Source: Camelus dromedarius (lineage: Eukaryota). Taken from it: a stretch of DNA of 64,000 bases. Positions within the stretch are counted from its first letter, which is position 1. Every line of letters starts with the position of its first letter. A program made the position numbers and the translations under genes. Of the stretch, positions 32,331-56,420 are shown piece after piece. The DNA lies in the NCBI RefSeq assembly GCF_036321535.1, contig NC_087472.1, forward strand, positions 1,054,001-1,118,000. The letters are read 5' to 3'. The notes under the pieces were generated by a model. The model made no database searches. It saw only the letters and a list, made by a program, of their open reading frames with translations, and was not told the origin of the DNA.

Positions 32331-33978
32331 GTGTCAGACACTGAGCCTTTGCCCTTGGAGTCTTTCAAGGTCTGCTGCCTGGGACCAGAGCGGCTTTCAG
32401 TGGAGGAGCCATCTTTTGTCCACCCTTCTGAGCCCTGGCCCGATGCCTGTTGAATGGCGAGGTTTGCCCTTCTGGCCGGTGGGGACAGCTGCAAGTCCCT
32501 GTCTTGCTTGAGCGCTGGGCAGTTACCTTTCATCCACTGGGGTGGCCCAGTCCCCGGCCTCAGTTTCCTCAGGAGCCTGTGCTGCTCGGTGGTCTGTGTG
32601 TCCTCCCGTGGGACCCTCTGCCCGGGTGCAGGGCTCCCTCCTCTCCGGTCCTCCGCCCACCAGGCTGGCCCCAGACCCAGGGAGCCGGCTGGACTCCGTC
32701 TGGAAGGTCTCTGGGACAGTGAGCTGGGGCCAGTGCACGGCTTCCCTCTTCCTTTCTCGTCTCCCAGAGAGCCCTGACTGTCCTTCCCCGCCCGACAGCC
32801 ACCCTCTTCACAGCCTGTGTTTCATGTATTTTGCCTGGTTCTAGGGAGTTCTTTCAGGTTAAGTGGCAGGGCAGATCCGGTCCCTGTCACTCCACACAGG
32901 TGAACAGCCTGCCTTACAGAACCTGGAGCACCCTGACGTGGGCTGGAGGGAGGGAGGTGCTGTTGGTGGGGATGGTGGCGGTGGTCGTGATGTGACGACG
33001 GTGATGGAGAGTCTCACCTGACCGCGTGCAGCAGCTGTGGTGGCTTCAGTGAGGTTCTTTTTCTTTCTCCCTTTTTAAAAAATCATTTTTTAAGACCTCG
33101 CTTCTTGATGGGGAGGTGAGAATTTAGCTCTTTCATGCCACTGCCCCGTTTCCCCTCCCCCTCCTCCCCAAATGGTTTTGTTCTCTTCATTTACTGGGGT
33201 TTCTTTTTCCCCTGAGGTTAAAAATGACCTTGTTTTCTTCATTGGCTTAGTTTCCGTAACCACATAGTGGTTGTTTTAAGGCCATCTTCCTCGGCGAGTT
33301 CTCTCCCCTTCCTGTCTGGTTCTCTGTGGGCCGCCTGCCTGCACAGCTTTGTCCTGGGACGTCCCTTGGTCAGGGCTTGACTCCTGATCCTGAACCACAC
33401 CGCTTTCGCTGTATTCTTTTACCTCTTTGTGTTTACTTGTTTGTGTTTGAAGTCAGGTTGAGCCGGGTCTGACTTCCATACTGTAAATTAGGAGTTTCAG
33501 CAAACACAGAGTTGTGTATCCACCACCATGGTCTGCTGCCGTGACTCCACCCACGGGTGGACCTCACAAGCTGCTGGAGGCTTTAACACCTAAGTCAGGT
33601 CACAAAGCTCCTCTGTTCCAAACCCCTCAGGCTCCCCTCTTACTCAGAGACAAAGACAAAGCCGGGGCAGAAACGGGGACACTGGCTTCCAGGTAAGAGA
33701 CAAGGGCGGCCTGGACCCGTCTGGGGGCCGTGGAGGTGGGGAGAAAGAAACAGACTGAATGGACCTGGAAGATGGAGCCACCAGGACTTGCTGATGGAGT
33801 GGCAGGGCCCTGGACCTCCTCAAATCCTCAGAAACCCTGCAGTGAGTCACCCTTCCTCCCGCACAGCGGGTCCAGCTGAGCCAGAGTCCAACCGTCTCCC
33901 CACCTGCTTCCACGTGCCTGGAACAGCCACCTCCCCCCACCCCCCGACAAAGGCGCACACCGGCTGCATTCTCGCAAC

Positions 33979-33984
33979 TTTAAT
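33979..33984 (-). terminator. Probable PLXNA3 polyadenylation signal ATTAAA
   Basis: The - strand reads catgtaattttttttcccctccaATTAAAgttgcg, with an upstream UGUA element, about 950 nt after the stop. Confidence 0.6.
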
Positions 33985-34933
33985 TGGAGGGGAAAAAAAA
34001 TTACATGGACAAAGAAATCCTCATGCAAGAAGGAAAAAAGGAGCAAATTGGGTGTCCAGGCCCGCGGGACGGGGTCCGCTTCCTCAGAGGAGGCAGAAGA
34101 GCAAAGGAGTAAGGCACTGCTGCCTCGGCCCCGGCCCCTCGGGCAGGCCCAGGACCAGGACCAGGACGAGACAGGGCAGCGGAGGGGGAGGGTCTGGGCG
34201 CGCGCAGACCACACGGCGGGATGTGGAGGTAGGGCCCGGAGAAGGAGGGGCAGGCCCCGGACGGACGAGCCTGGTTACAGCTCCCGAGGCGCTCAGGGAG
34301 AACAGGGCCCTGGGAGGAGTTTCCAGTCCCATCCCCGAGAGGCTCGGAGGGGCTTCCTCGGCCCCCTCCCCTTGGCACAGCCACCGTCGGAGGGCAGCTT
34401 CGGGGTCATCACCCACCCGGAGTGCTGCTGGTGCCCAGGCCCCCTCTCGGAGTGGGTGGGGGCAGCCTCGGCCAGGGTGAGGGGCCAGAGGCCAGGCCAA
34501 GGCTGACTGTCACAGGGGAGCCAGGGGGCGCACGGAGAGGAGGTGCGTGTATCTTGGAGCATCCCCGGGGAGGGCGTTGGGGGCGGGGATTCACAGATGG
34601 AGATGGTGAGGAGAGATAAATTAAATAAATAGGTGGTCGGGGTATAAATAGTAAAGGGGTCAGGGGCCGTCACGACGCCTGCGCACGAGGGCGGGGGGTA
34701 TTGCTGCTGCCGGGGTGGGGGGCTTAGTCCTGTCACCCCTCCCCACACAGGGCCCAAGGCAAGGCACTAATGAAGGGGACCCGGGGCGCCGGGGGCATCT
34801 TGGCCCGATGTCCTTTCCTGCGCCCCGGGCCCAGGGCTCAGCCCGAGACCCAGGCGTGGGACGCCCCCTTCCCGGGAGGGACGCGAAGACGGCTCAGGAC
34901 TGAGAAGCCCCCTCCTCACCGGTTCCGCCACCC

Positions 34934-47460
<12,527 letters not shown>

Positions 47461-49149
47461 GGCTGGTGGCTGCACCCAGGGACGGGCCTGAGGAGAGACA
47501 ATGAGTGTGAGTCAGAAGCCCCCAACCCGGGATGCCCACCCTCTCCCGACCCTGCCTGGTCTAGGGCCCCCGGCAGGCTGAGAGCCATGCCACAGAGGGT
47601 AGAGGCCACTCACCCACCACCACACCAGAGCCCCAGACGGTGACCATGGCTGATGGAGAGGAGGGGCCTCCAGCAGGGCGCACGAGTGAGCAGCAAGCGC
47701 GGGCAGGCTTGGGGGCCATCAATCATCCCCCACCCACTGCTGGAAAGGAGCCAGGAGGCCTCGCCTCAGCTGGGCCACACCCAAGGGGGCAGCAGAGCCA
47801 GATGCCAGGAAAGGCAGGGTGGGAGACTCTCCTGGAAGGAGAACCTAAACACCAGATCACAGAGCTGAGGGTGGACGGCCGCACACAAGAGCAACTGCAC
47901 ACAAGAGCAAATGGCAGGCAAGCCAAGGCCAGGAACACGCCCCACACCCTAGTTGGGGGAAGGGGAAAAGGTAGGGAGAGAACAATCGCAAATGCGGGGG
48001 ACTGTTAGGACACAACCCCGGGGCAGAGGGCAGAGGCATCAAAGCTTGAGACCAGAAGGGACCAAGGGACTCCACATCCACGTTCCTGGCCCCAGCTGCC
48101 TCCTCACCCCAAGGGCCTCCCTCTGCTGGCTGACCAGGAGCCTGCTATCTGGCCTCCTGGCTGCAACACAAAGCCAAGTCGAGCCTGCCCCCACAGCCAA
48201 GCACGGAGATGGACATATGTCAGGCTCTGCTTGGGCACAGCCAAATGCCCATGCAGCCCTACACAGCTCTCCCTCCAAATCCAGAGGTCAGCTGGAGAAG
48301 GGGGGATGCAAGGGGGCCCACGTTGCCCTATGGAAGGGGTGCAACATTCTCAAATACAGCCAAGACCTTGCGGAGATGGGGGCGGGTGGGCCACAGGAGC
48401 AGTACTGGGCTTGGCTGGGTCTTCACTCCTAGGCCACACCCAGGCCTCAGCCAGCTCCAGGCAGCAAAGACAGCAGAGCAGTGTCGTGACAGCCAACGGG
48501 GCAGGGCTCAGCAATACCCTTGCAGTGCCCAAGCCCCAAGGGACACACAAGGTACCCAGCTTGGTGGGGTGCAGGGAACCAAACCAAGGGGGCACAGAAA
48601 AAAGAAAATATGCATATACTAGAACAAGGCGCAGACCCAGCTTGAAACTGCAAAGTTTCAGCTCAGACTGATCATCTCTCCAGGGCTCTTTTGTCAGGTC
48701 CGCATCTTGGACCCCTGGATGCAACAGCCAGAGAAGAAAGGAAGACAGAGAAGGCAGGCCTCATGCCACCCTCACCTCCTCCACACCGCACACGAATAAA
48801 AGCCTAAGAATGGGGATAGGACAGGTCGGGAGGGAGACCTGGAGAGGCAGGATTTGCAGCCCAAGTGCCTATCCTAAACCTCAGCCTGTAAGTGGAAGTT
48901 TGGGGCATCAAAGGCACACCCAATCTCTCTGCTATAACCCTGCCAGCAGAGCCCAAGGATGGGAGCAGACTCTCGTAGAGACCAGGTTCTAGCGCCGGCT
49001 CCCCAATGCCTTGCTCGGTGCTGCTGGCCCAGCTCGCCCTGCCCCCACCAGGGGCACCCCCCTCGGCAGACCCACGGAAAGCCTACTGGATGGAGGCGCC
49101 ACAGCAGCCCTTGCAGGAGCCGCTCCTCCGCCACAAAGGGTCCCCATTA

Positions 49150-49990
49150 GGCAGGGGGCTGGCCACGGACAGGCCGTCCCTACTGGCGCCGGGCACGAAG
49201 GACCAGTCGGGCCGGCGCCGGAGAGGCAGGGACAGAGCCCGACCCTTTCGAGGACGAGCTGACCCCCTCGGCTGCTGGAGCCCCCCAGCCGCCCAGCAGG
49301 CTGGCCCTGCACAGGCGGCGGGGGATGGTGGCCACCTACCTGTCCCTTCGCCGCCGCTGGCTCCCGGTGGCCGGCTGCGGGCCACGTGGACGCGCCTTCG
49401 AGCCCCACACCGGCCCCGCTCGCGCGCCCCCGCCGCCGCGCCCCACGGCCTACACCCCGCACGCCAGCGCCGCCGCCGCCCACACACTGGGCCGGCCCGC
49501 GGCCGCCGGGGCCTTTTAAATCCGGACCGTACCACCGCGTCGGGCAGGGGCGCCCAGGGAGGGCCCAGCAGGAGGGCTCGCGGGCTGGGGCCCCTTCTCC
49601 CCAGGGCCGGGGAGAGGCCCAGGGCGCCGCCCGTGCCTCTCTGAGCGGCCGAGGTCCCGGCCCAGCGAGCCGACTCCCCCGGCGCAATGGCCGCGTCCGC
49701 GGCGCGCGCCTTTCCCCCTCCCCCCGGCCCGCTGCCTCGGGCAACCCTGGGACCCGCGCGCCCTCACGCCACACCCCCTAGGGCCCCGGGTGCGCGCGGC
49801 AGCCTCGGGCACGCGCAGACCCCTTCCCGCCCCGCCCCGCCCGGCCCACGCGCTCCGAGGCGCGTCCCGGGCCACCTGCTGCGGGTGCGCGGCCTCGCAT
49901 GTCCCGGCCCTACAGGCGCGCACCGGCCGAGGACCCGTGGATCCTTGTTCAGAACACTCTCCCTGTGAGGGTCCGTAATCCGGAGGGCCC
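49150..49990 (-). promoter_or_regulatory. CpG island / PLXNA3 promoter and probable non-coding exon 1 (about 49340-49490)
   Basis: CpG-rich; TATA-like ATTTAAAA on the - strand at 49514-49521; donor GACAG|GTAGGT after 49340; acceptor of the ATG exon at 47487. Confidence 0.7.
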
Positions 49991-51074
49991 GCGCCTAATA
50001 ACCTGCAAATATCCAGCCATTTACCCCTGGCCCCTTCCCCAGCATCCGCCTTGGCCCTGAATCTGGGCTTTGCATTCCCTTGGTTTCTTTTTCCTTTTCT
50101 TTCTAAACAGCTTTATTGAGATGTGATTCATCTACCATATAAGTCACTCAATTAAAGGGTAACATTCAATGACTTTTAATATGATCACAAAGTTATGCAA
50201 CCATCCCAACTATCAATTCCAAAAAGTGTTCAGTCGCCCGGAAAGCAAACCCCCATGTGCCCATTAGCAGTCACTACCCAGTCTGTCCCTCAACCACCCC
50301 CGTGCCCCTCCTCCTGCCCCAGCCCCTGGCACCCAGTAATCAACTTTCTGACTTCAGATTTCCCTGTTCTGAACTTCTCATGTAAATGAATGAACATCTT
50401 TTGTGTCTAGATTCTTTCATACTGAGCATACTGTTTTCAAGGTTCATCCATATTGTAGCAAGTTATCAGGACTCCATTTCTTTCTGGGGCCAAATAATAC
50501 CCCATGACTTGGATATACCACAATTTATTTTTCCATTCATCAACTGGTGGACATTTGGGTTGTTTCCATCTTTAGGCTGTTGTGAATAATGCTGCTACAG
50601 CATTTGTCTTTAAGTTTTTGTGTGAATACCTCTTTATTCCCCTTCCACCTAGGAGTGGAACTGCTGGGACATGTGATAACTCCATTTTGAACATTTTAAG
50701 AAAAATGGCCAAACCGCTTTCCAAAGTAGCTGCACCATTTTACATTCCCATCAGCAGGTGTATGAGGGTTCCAATGTCTCCACATCCTCACCAACACTTG
50801 TTGTTACCTGACTTTTTGTTTCCAGCCATCCTAGTGGGTTTGAAATGGTATCTCGTTTTGTTTTGCATTTCCTTGGTGACCAATGAGGTTGAGCATCTTT
50901 TCATGAGCTTATTGGCCATTTGGATATCTTTTTTGATATACAAAGAAATCTGAAATGTCTATTCAAGTTCTTTGCCTATTTTTCTTTCTTTTTAAAAATT
51001 TTTATATGATTTTTAAAGGCTACACTTCATTTACAGTTATTACAAAATATTGGCTATATTCCCCTTGTTGAGTA

Positions 51075-51286
51075 TTATCCATTCAATTGAAGACCTTAAA
51101 AGCAAAAATTGAGGTTTCCAGGAGAAGTAGATATTCTGCCTCAAGACTGTAACAGAGACATTGTGCCTGAGTCTCCCTCCAGCTTTGCTGCTACAATTGC
51201 GTGAGCTAATTCCTCAAAATAAATTGTGTGTGTGTGCGTGTATGTGTGTATCCTGTTCTGTTAATCTGGAAAGCCCTATCTAAACA
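51075..51286 (+). mobile_element. ERVL MLT2-like LTR 3' part
   Basis: gcgtgagctaattcctcaaaataaat-(GT)n-tatcctgttctg..tctggaaagccct.tctaaaca resembles the MLT2 end. Confidence 0.7.
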
Positions 51287-52088
51287 GATGTCTTTCCACT
51301 TATTTAGGTTTTCTTTCATTTCTTTCAATGTTATTGTGTACTTTACAGTGTACAAGTTCTTGCATTTCTATTGTTAAATTTATTCCTAAATATTTTATTC
51401 TTTATGATGCTACTGTAAATGAAATTGTTTTCTTAATTTCATTTAGGATTGTTCATTGCTAGGGTATAAAAATACAATTAATTTTTCTGTCGTGATCTTT
51501 TATCCTGCAACTTTGCTGAATTGGTTTATTAGCTCTAATAGGTTTTTTTGGCAGATTTATTAGGATTTTGCACATACAAGATTATGTCATCTGAGAATAG
51601 AAATAGCTTTACTTTTTCTTTTTCAACCTGGATGCCTTTTATTTCATTTTGTTACCTAATTGCCCTGGCTATGCCCTCCAGCCAAATGTTGAATAGAAAT
51701 GGTTGCTTTCTTTTTAATTTTTATGATTGGAAATTATTTCAGGCTTACAGAAAAGCTGTAAGAACAGTACAGAAAGCTCCCATGTACCCTTAACCCAGAT
51801 TCATATTTTGTCCCATTTGCTTTCTCATTCTCTCTCTCTCACATGTGTGTGCATATATTATATGTTTATTATATATAAAAATATTTTTCTGAAGTATGTC
51901 TAAGTAAGTTGCATACACCTTGCCCCTTTACTACTAAATATGTCACTCTGTATTTCAAAACATAAGCATAATTACTGTAAAATTACTATAGGATCTTTTG
52001 GGGGGGATTTATCTATTCTGGATATTTCTTTTTTTCATTTATATATATGTACTGTTCAATGTTTCTAAGAACAGTTTAGAGCTTTAGC

Positions 52089-52268
52089 TTTTTTTTTTTT
52101 TTGTAGGGGAGAGCGTGAACGCAGTCCCCNNNNNNNNNNNNNNNNNNNNNNNNNNNNNNNNNNNNNNNNNNNNNNNNNNNNNNNNNNNNNNNNNNNNNNN
52201 NNNNNNNNNNNNNNNNNNNNNNNNNNNNNNNNNNNNNNNNNNNNNNNNNNNNNNNNNNNNNNNNNNNN
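52089..52268 (-). pseudogene. RNU1: U1 snRNA processed pseudogene (retrocopy); 3' end and poly(A) visible, remainder in N gap
   Basis: The - strand reads GGGGACTGCGTTCACGCTCTCCCCTAC-A14, versus the U1 3' stem-loop IV GGGGACTGCGTTCGCGCT(T/C)TCCCCTG (23-24 of 26 identical). Flanking AAAAAGCT repeats with a TT/AAAAA L1 endonuclease site. Confidence 0.85.
52130..52268. other. Assembly gap (139 N)
   Basis: Run of N. Confidence 1.
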
Positions 52269-53477
52269 AGCTTTTTAAACCTACATAGTTATCAAAGGAA
52301 TAAAGCCAACCGCAAAATAAAAATCAACAGAATGCAGTAATCCAATCATAAAGGACAGTCAAATGGGCTTACACGTATTCAAGAAATTAATTATCTAAGT
52401 TATAAATAATAAGTAGTTCATTTCTGTCCTTATTTTTAGATTCCACATGTAAGCGATTATAATTACTATAGGCTCTTACATAATCACAGTGTGACTATCA
52501 ATGTCTGAAATGTTGCTGTTGATACAATAACATTATTTAATCTATGCTCTTACTCAAATGTCATCAATTGTGCCCATAATGTCCTTCATAGCTTTGTTTT
52601 CCTGATCCAGGATCTAGTCTAGGATCCCACGTGGCATTTAGTTGTCACGTCTCTTTGGTCCCCTTTAATCTGAAACGTTCCTCTGCTTTTCTGGGCCTTG
52701 CATGACATGAGCCTTTCTGTAGAGTGCAAGCCAGGTCTGGTGGGATGTCCTCACTTTTGGGTTTGTCTGCTGTTTGCTCATGGTAGGACTCGGGCTGTAT
52801 GGTATCGGAAGGCTGCCAGGCCATCTGGCCAGGAGGCTGGGCCCACTCAGTACTTCTCATCAGGAGGCAAGTGTTATCATTTTGTCCCTTCGTTGTGATG
52901 TCAACTTTGATCATTTGGTTAAGGTGGTGACTGCCAGGTTCTCAAGTGGACAGTTACTGTTTTTTCCCTTTGTAACTAAAAAGTGATTTGTAGGAAGATA
53001 CTTTGAAACTAGGTAAATATTCTCTTCTTCATCAAAATGTCACTCAAACATTGATAGTTCTTGTCTGAATCAATGATTACTCTGATGGTTACAAAATAGT
53101 GATTATTCTCCCTCCACGATCGCTCCCGCATTCGTTCGTTGGCATTCTGCTGTCAGGGAGTGTGCCTCTGCTACCTATGTACTCCCTATCACTGTGCACT
53201 CATGGAACTTGATTTTAATCCATTATTGCTAACTGTTCATTTTGATGATCAAATTATCTTGTACTTTTCTTGCCCCAGCCCTGGACTCAGCAATTTTTCT
53301 AAGGAGCCCTAGTTCCCTGTTAGGGAGCATAATATTTAGAAACCAAGCCAGCGGTGCTCATTGCTACTGGAGAGTGTCATGCTCTTAGGCACTATCAGTG
53401 GACATAGCTAGGATGTGTATGTATGTCCGTGTGTGTATACACACAGGTTTTATACAGACACACACACACAGAGGTCA

Positions 53478-53537
53478 CGTATATATACATATACATATAC
53501 ATTTACATATACATATACATATATATATACATACATA
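53478..53537. repeat. (TATACA)n / (TA)n low-complexity repeat
   Basis: atatatacatatacatatacatttacatatacatatacatatatatatacatacatac. Confidence 0.9.
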
Positions 53538-54465
53538 CAATCCTGACTACATACTGATACCTCCCATCCCAATTCCACAGCAAAAGTTCCGAGCCCTTCC
53601 TTAATTCCCCAGTCTACATTTGTATCTCCCTTCAGCATTAGGAGACCTGGCTTGCAATATCATCAATATATTCACTCATTTGTTTAATCCTCCAATAATC
53701 CATAGAGAGCATTTTCAGGATAGCAAATCCCGAGGACAAACAAACTTACCAAGAGAGGTTTGTGATTTCTTTACAAGATTTTTGTTGTTTGGTTTCTTTT
53801 GTCTTAAAACTACAGGCATAAAGTAAAAAATGCTGTATTTAAACGTTGCTTGGGTAGCTTTTTTTTTTAATTGCCCTTTAATACAGTTATGTTATTCATT
53901 TGAAATACACTTGGGACTGCTGTTTGTAATAAATTTTAGCTTCCCCCCCATCCTTTTGATAATTTTTAGTATGTAAAATAGTAACATGTGTCCAGAAGTC
54001 AAAACTACATAAGAAGAGACACCCAGGTGAACATCACTCCTTCCTGTATCCCTACCACCCGGTTCCCTCCCACTCCTTAAGGTAACCAATTTCATTAATT
54101 ACCTTCTTTTTCTTTTTTCCTTTTAAAATGAGCTTTATTGGGGTATAACTTGCAGATGGTAAAATGACCACACTTTAAATGTACAGTTCAACGAGTTTTG
54201 AAAAATTTGTACCTCTGTGTGAGATATAGACCTTTTCCATCAGCCCAAAAGCCCCTCTGAGTTCCCTCTGCAGCCCTGGCCCCTGCCCCTGGCCCCACAT
54301 GGGTACCAATCTGCTTGCTGTCACCAGGAAGATGGTGAGCATCTTTTCTCTTGCTGTTGCCATTCCTGTATTGTCTTTTGTGACATTGTCTATTCAAATC
54401 GTTTGCCCTTTTTTAAAAATTAGGATGTGTGTCTCATTTTTATTGATCTGCAGGAGTTATATGTA

Positions 54466-54501
<36 letters not shown>
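54466..54501. repeat. Compound (TG)n(TA)n microsatellite
   Basis: tgtgtgtgtgtgtatatatatatatatatatatata. Confidence 0.95.
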
Positions 54502-54502
<1 letters not shown>

Positions 54503-54806
54503 ACATATTCTGGATACAAGACCTCTGTCATAAAAAGATTTCTTTCCTCCAAGCCAGTGGCTTGTCTTTTCATTTTTACAATAGTATCTTTTAAACAGCA
54601 AAAGTCTGGATTTTTGCTGAAGTCAAATTTGTCAACTTTTCCTTTTATGGTTATTTTTTGTATCCTGTCCAGGAAAACTTGGTCTAGGCCAAGGTCACAA
54701 AGATTTTTTTCCCATGTTATATTTAGATTTTTTTTTTGAGTTTTAGCTTTCACTTTTAGGTCTACAACCCATGTCAAGTTCATTTTTCTGTATGGTCTCA
54801 AGAAGG

Positions 54807-55398
54807 TGTGTAAGTTTCCTGTGGCTTCTGTAACAAAGTCCCATGCACTGAGTGTCTAAAACTTCTCTCTCAGTTCTGGAGGGCAGAAGTCAGAAATCAA
54901 GGGGTGGGCAGGGCCATGCTTCCCTCTGCAGGCTCTAGGGGAGTAACTTCCCTTGTCTCTTCCAGCTTCTGGTGTTGCTGGCACTCCTTGGTCTTCCTTG
55001 GCTTGTAGACACAGCCCTCCAGTCTCTGTTGTCACATGGCCTTGTCCCTGTGTCTGTCTCCCCTCTTCTTGTAAGGACACCAGTCATATTGGATCAGAGC
55101 CCAGGCTCCTCCAGTATGATCTCATCTTTTTTGTTTGTTTCTTTCTCTTTTTAAAAAAATTTGGGGGGGGGCAGGTAATTAGGTTTATTTATTTATTTTT
55201 AATGGAGGGACTGGGGATTGAACCCAGGACCTTGTACATGCTAAGCACATGCTCTGCCACTGGGATTTACCCTCCCCCTGATCTCATCTTGATTTGATTA
55301 CATCTAAAAAGACACTGTCTCCAAATCAGGTCACTTTCACAGGTACTGGAGGACAGGACTCCAACATATCCTTCTAGGGGACACAATTCATCCCCTAA
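54807..55398 (-). mobile_element. MLT1B/C-like solo LTR interrupted by a SINE
   Basis: tgtgtaagtttcctgtggcttctgtaacaaagtccca...cttcttgtaaggacaccagtcatattggat...ggggacacaattca. Confidence 0.85.
55129..55278 (-). mobile_element. tRNA-derived SINE (Vic-1-like) with 12-bp TSD
   Basis: TSD tgatctcatctt at 55117-55128 and 55279-55290; B box ggggattgaaccc. Confidence 0.92.
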
Positions 55399-55594
55399 CC
55401 TCAGGGTTAAAGTTGATCTTATCCATACAGACATCTGCCTGCTCCAAAACCATTTCTTAAACACCAAAAATGTAAAGACTTTTTTCTGGACTCCTAATTC
55501 TATACCTGTTCATGTGCATGCACCACGCTGCCCTGACTGCTGCACCTTCATAGTAAGTTTTGAAACCAGGTAATGTGAGCCCTCCAACTTTGTT

Positions 55595-55731
55595 GTTTTT
55601 TCACTTTTTTATTTTTTCAGAGGGAAGTAATTAGTTTTTTTTAATTATTTATTTTTAGAGGAGGGACTGGGGATTGAACTCAGAACCTCAAGCATGTTAG
55701 GCATGCGCTCTACCACCAATTTATACCCTCC
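55595..55731 (-). mobile_element. tRNA-derived SINE (Vic-1-like) with 15-bp TSD, inserted in L1
   Basis: TSD ccctccaactttgtt at 55580-55594 and 55732-55746. Confidence 0.92.
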
Positions 55732-55892
55732 CCCTCCAACTTTGTTCTTTTTCAAAATTGTTTTGGATATTCTAGGTCCTTTGGATGTCTATATATTTTG
55801 AGGATCTTCTTATCAATTTCTACAGAAAAGCATGCTGGGATTTGTGGTAGGGCTTGCATTGAATTCATAGATCACTTTGGGGCGTGTTACCA

Positions 55893-56420
55893 TTTGGAGG
55901 CAGAATTCAAAGATGGCCCCAAGTGTCCTGCCTCCCAGCGTACAAACCTATATCATCCTCTCCCTTTGAGGCAGAGCAGAACCTCTGCACATGATGGGAC
56001 CACACTCCCATAGTTAAGTTACTAATCAGCTGACTTTGAGTTCATCAGAAGGGAGAGCCTCTGGGTGAGACTGCCCTAATCAGGTGAGCTCTTAACTGAG
56101 ACTAGACCCTTCCTAAAGAGGGAGATTTGAAGCATGAAAGGAGGTATGGTGGGCACCAGGTAGCAGGTGGCCTCTAGGAAGTGAGAGCATTCCCTGGCCA
56201 ACAGCCAATGAGGAAACAGGGACCTCAGTCCTACAGTCACAAGGAACCTGAATTTTACCAAGAAGCTCATAAGCTTGGGAGAGGACCCTGAGCCTCAGAT
56301 GAAAAGGCAGCCCAGCCGATCCTGATGGCAGCCTCATGAGATCCTGAGCAGAGGACCTAGTTACATCATGCCCAGACTTCTGAACTACAGAAACCATCAG
56401 ATGATAAATGTTTTGTTTTA
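55893..56420 (+). mobile_element. MLT1E/F/G-like LTR (3' end appears displaced to about 56803-56855)
   Basis: ggcagaattcaaagatggcccc, ctaatcaggtgagc, ggtggcctctagga, agccaatgaggaaacagggacctcagtcctacag, gagcctcagatga. Confidence 0.75.
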
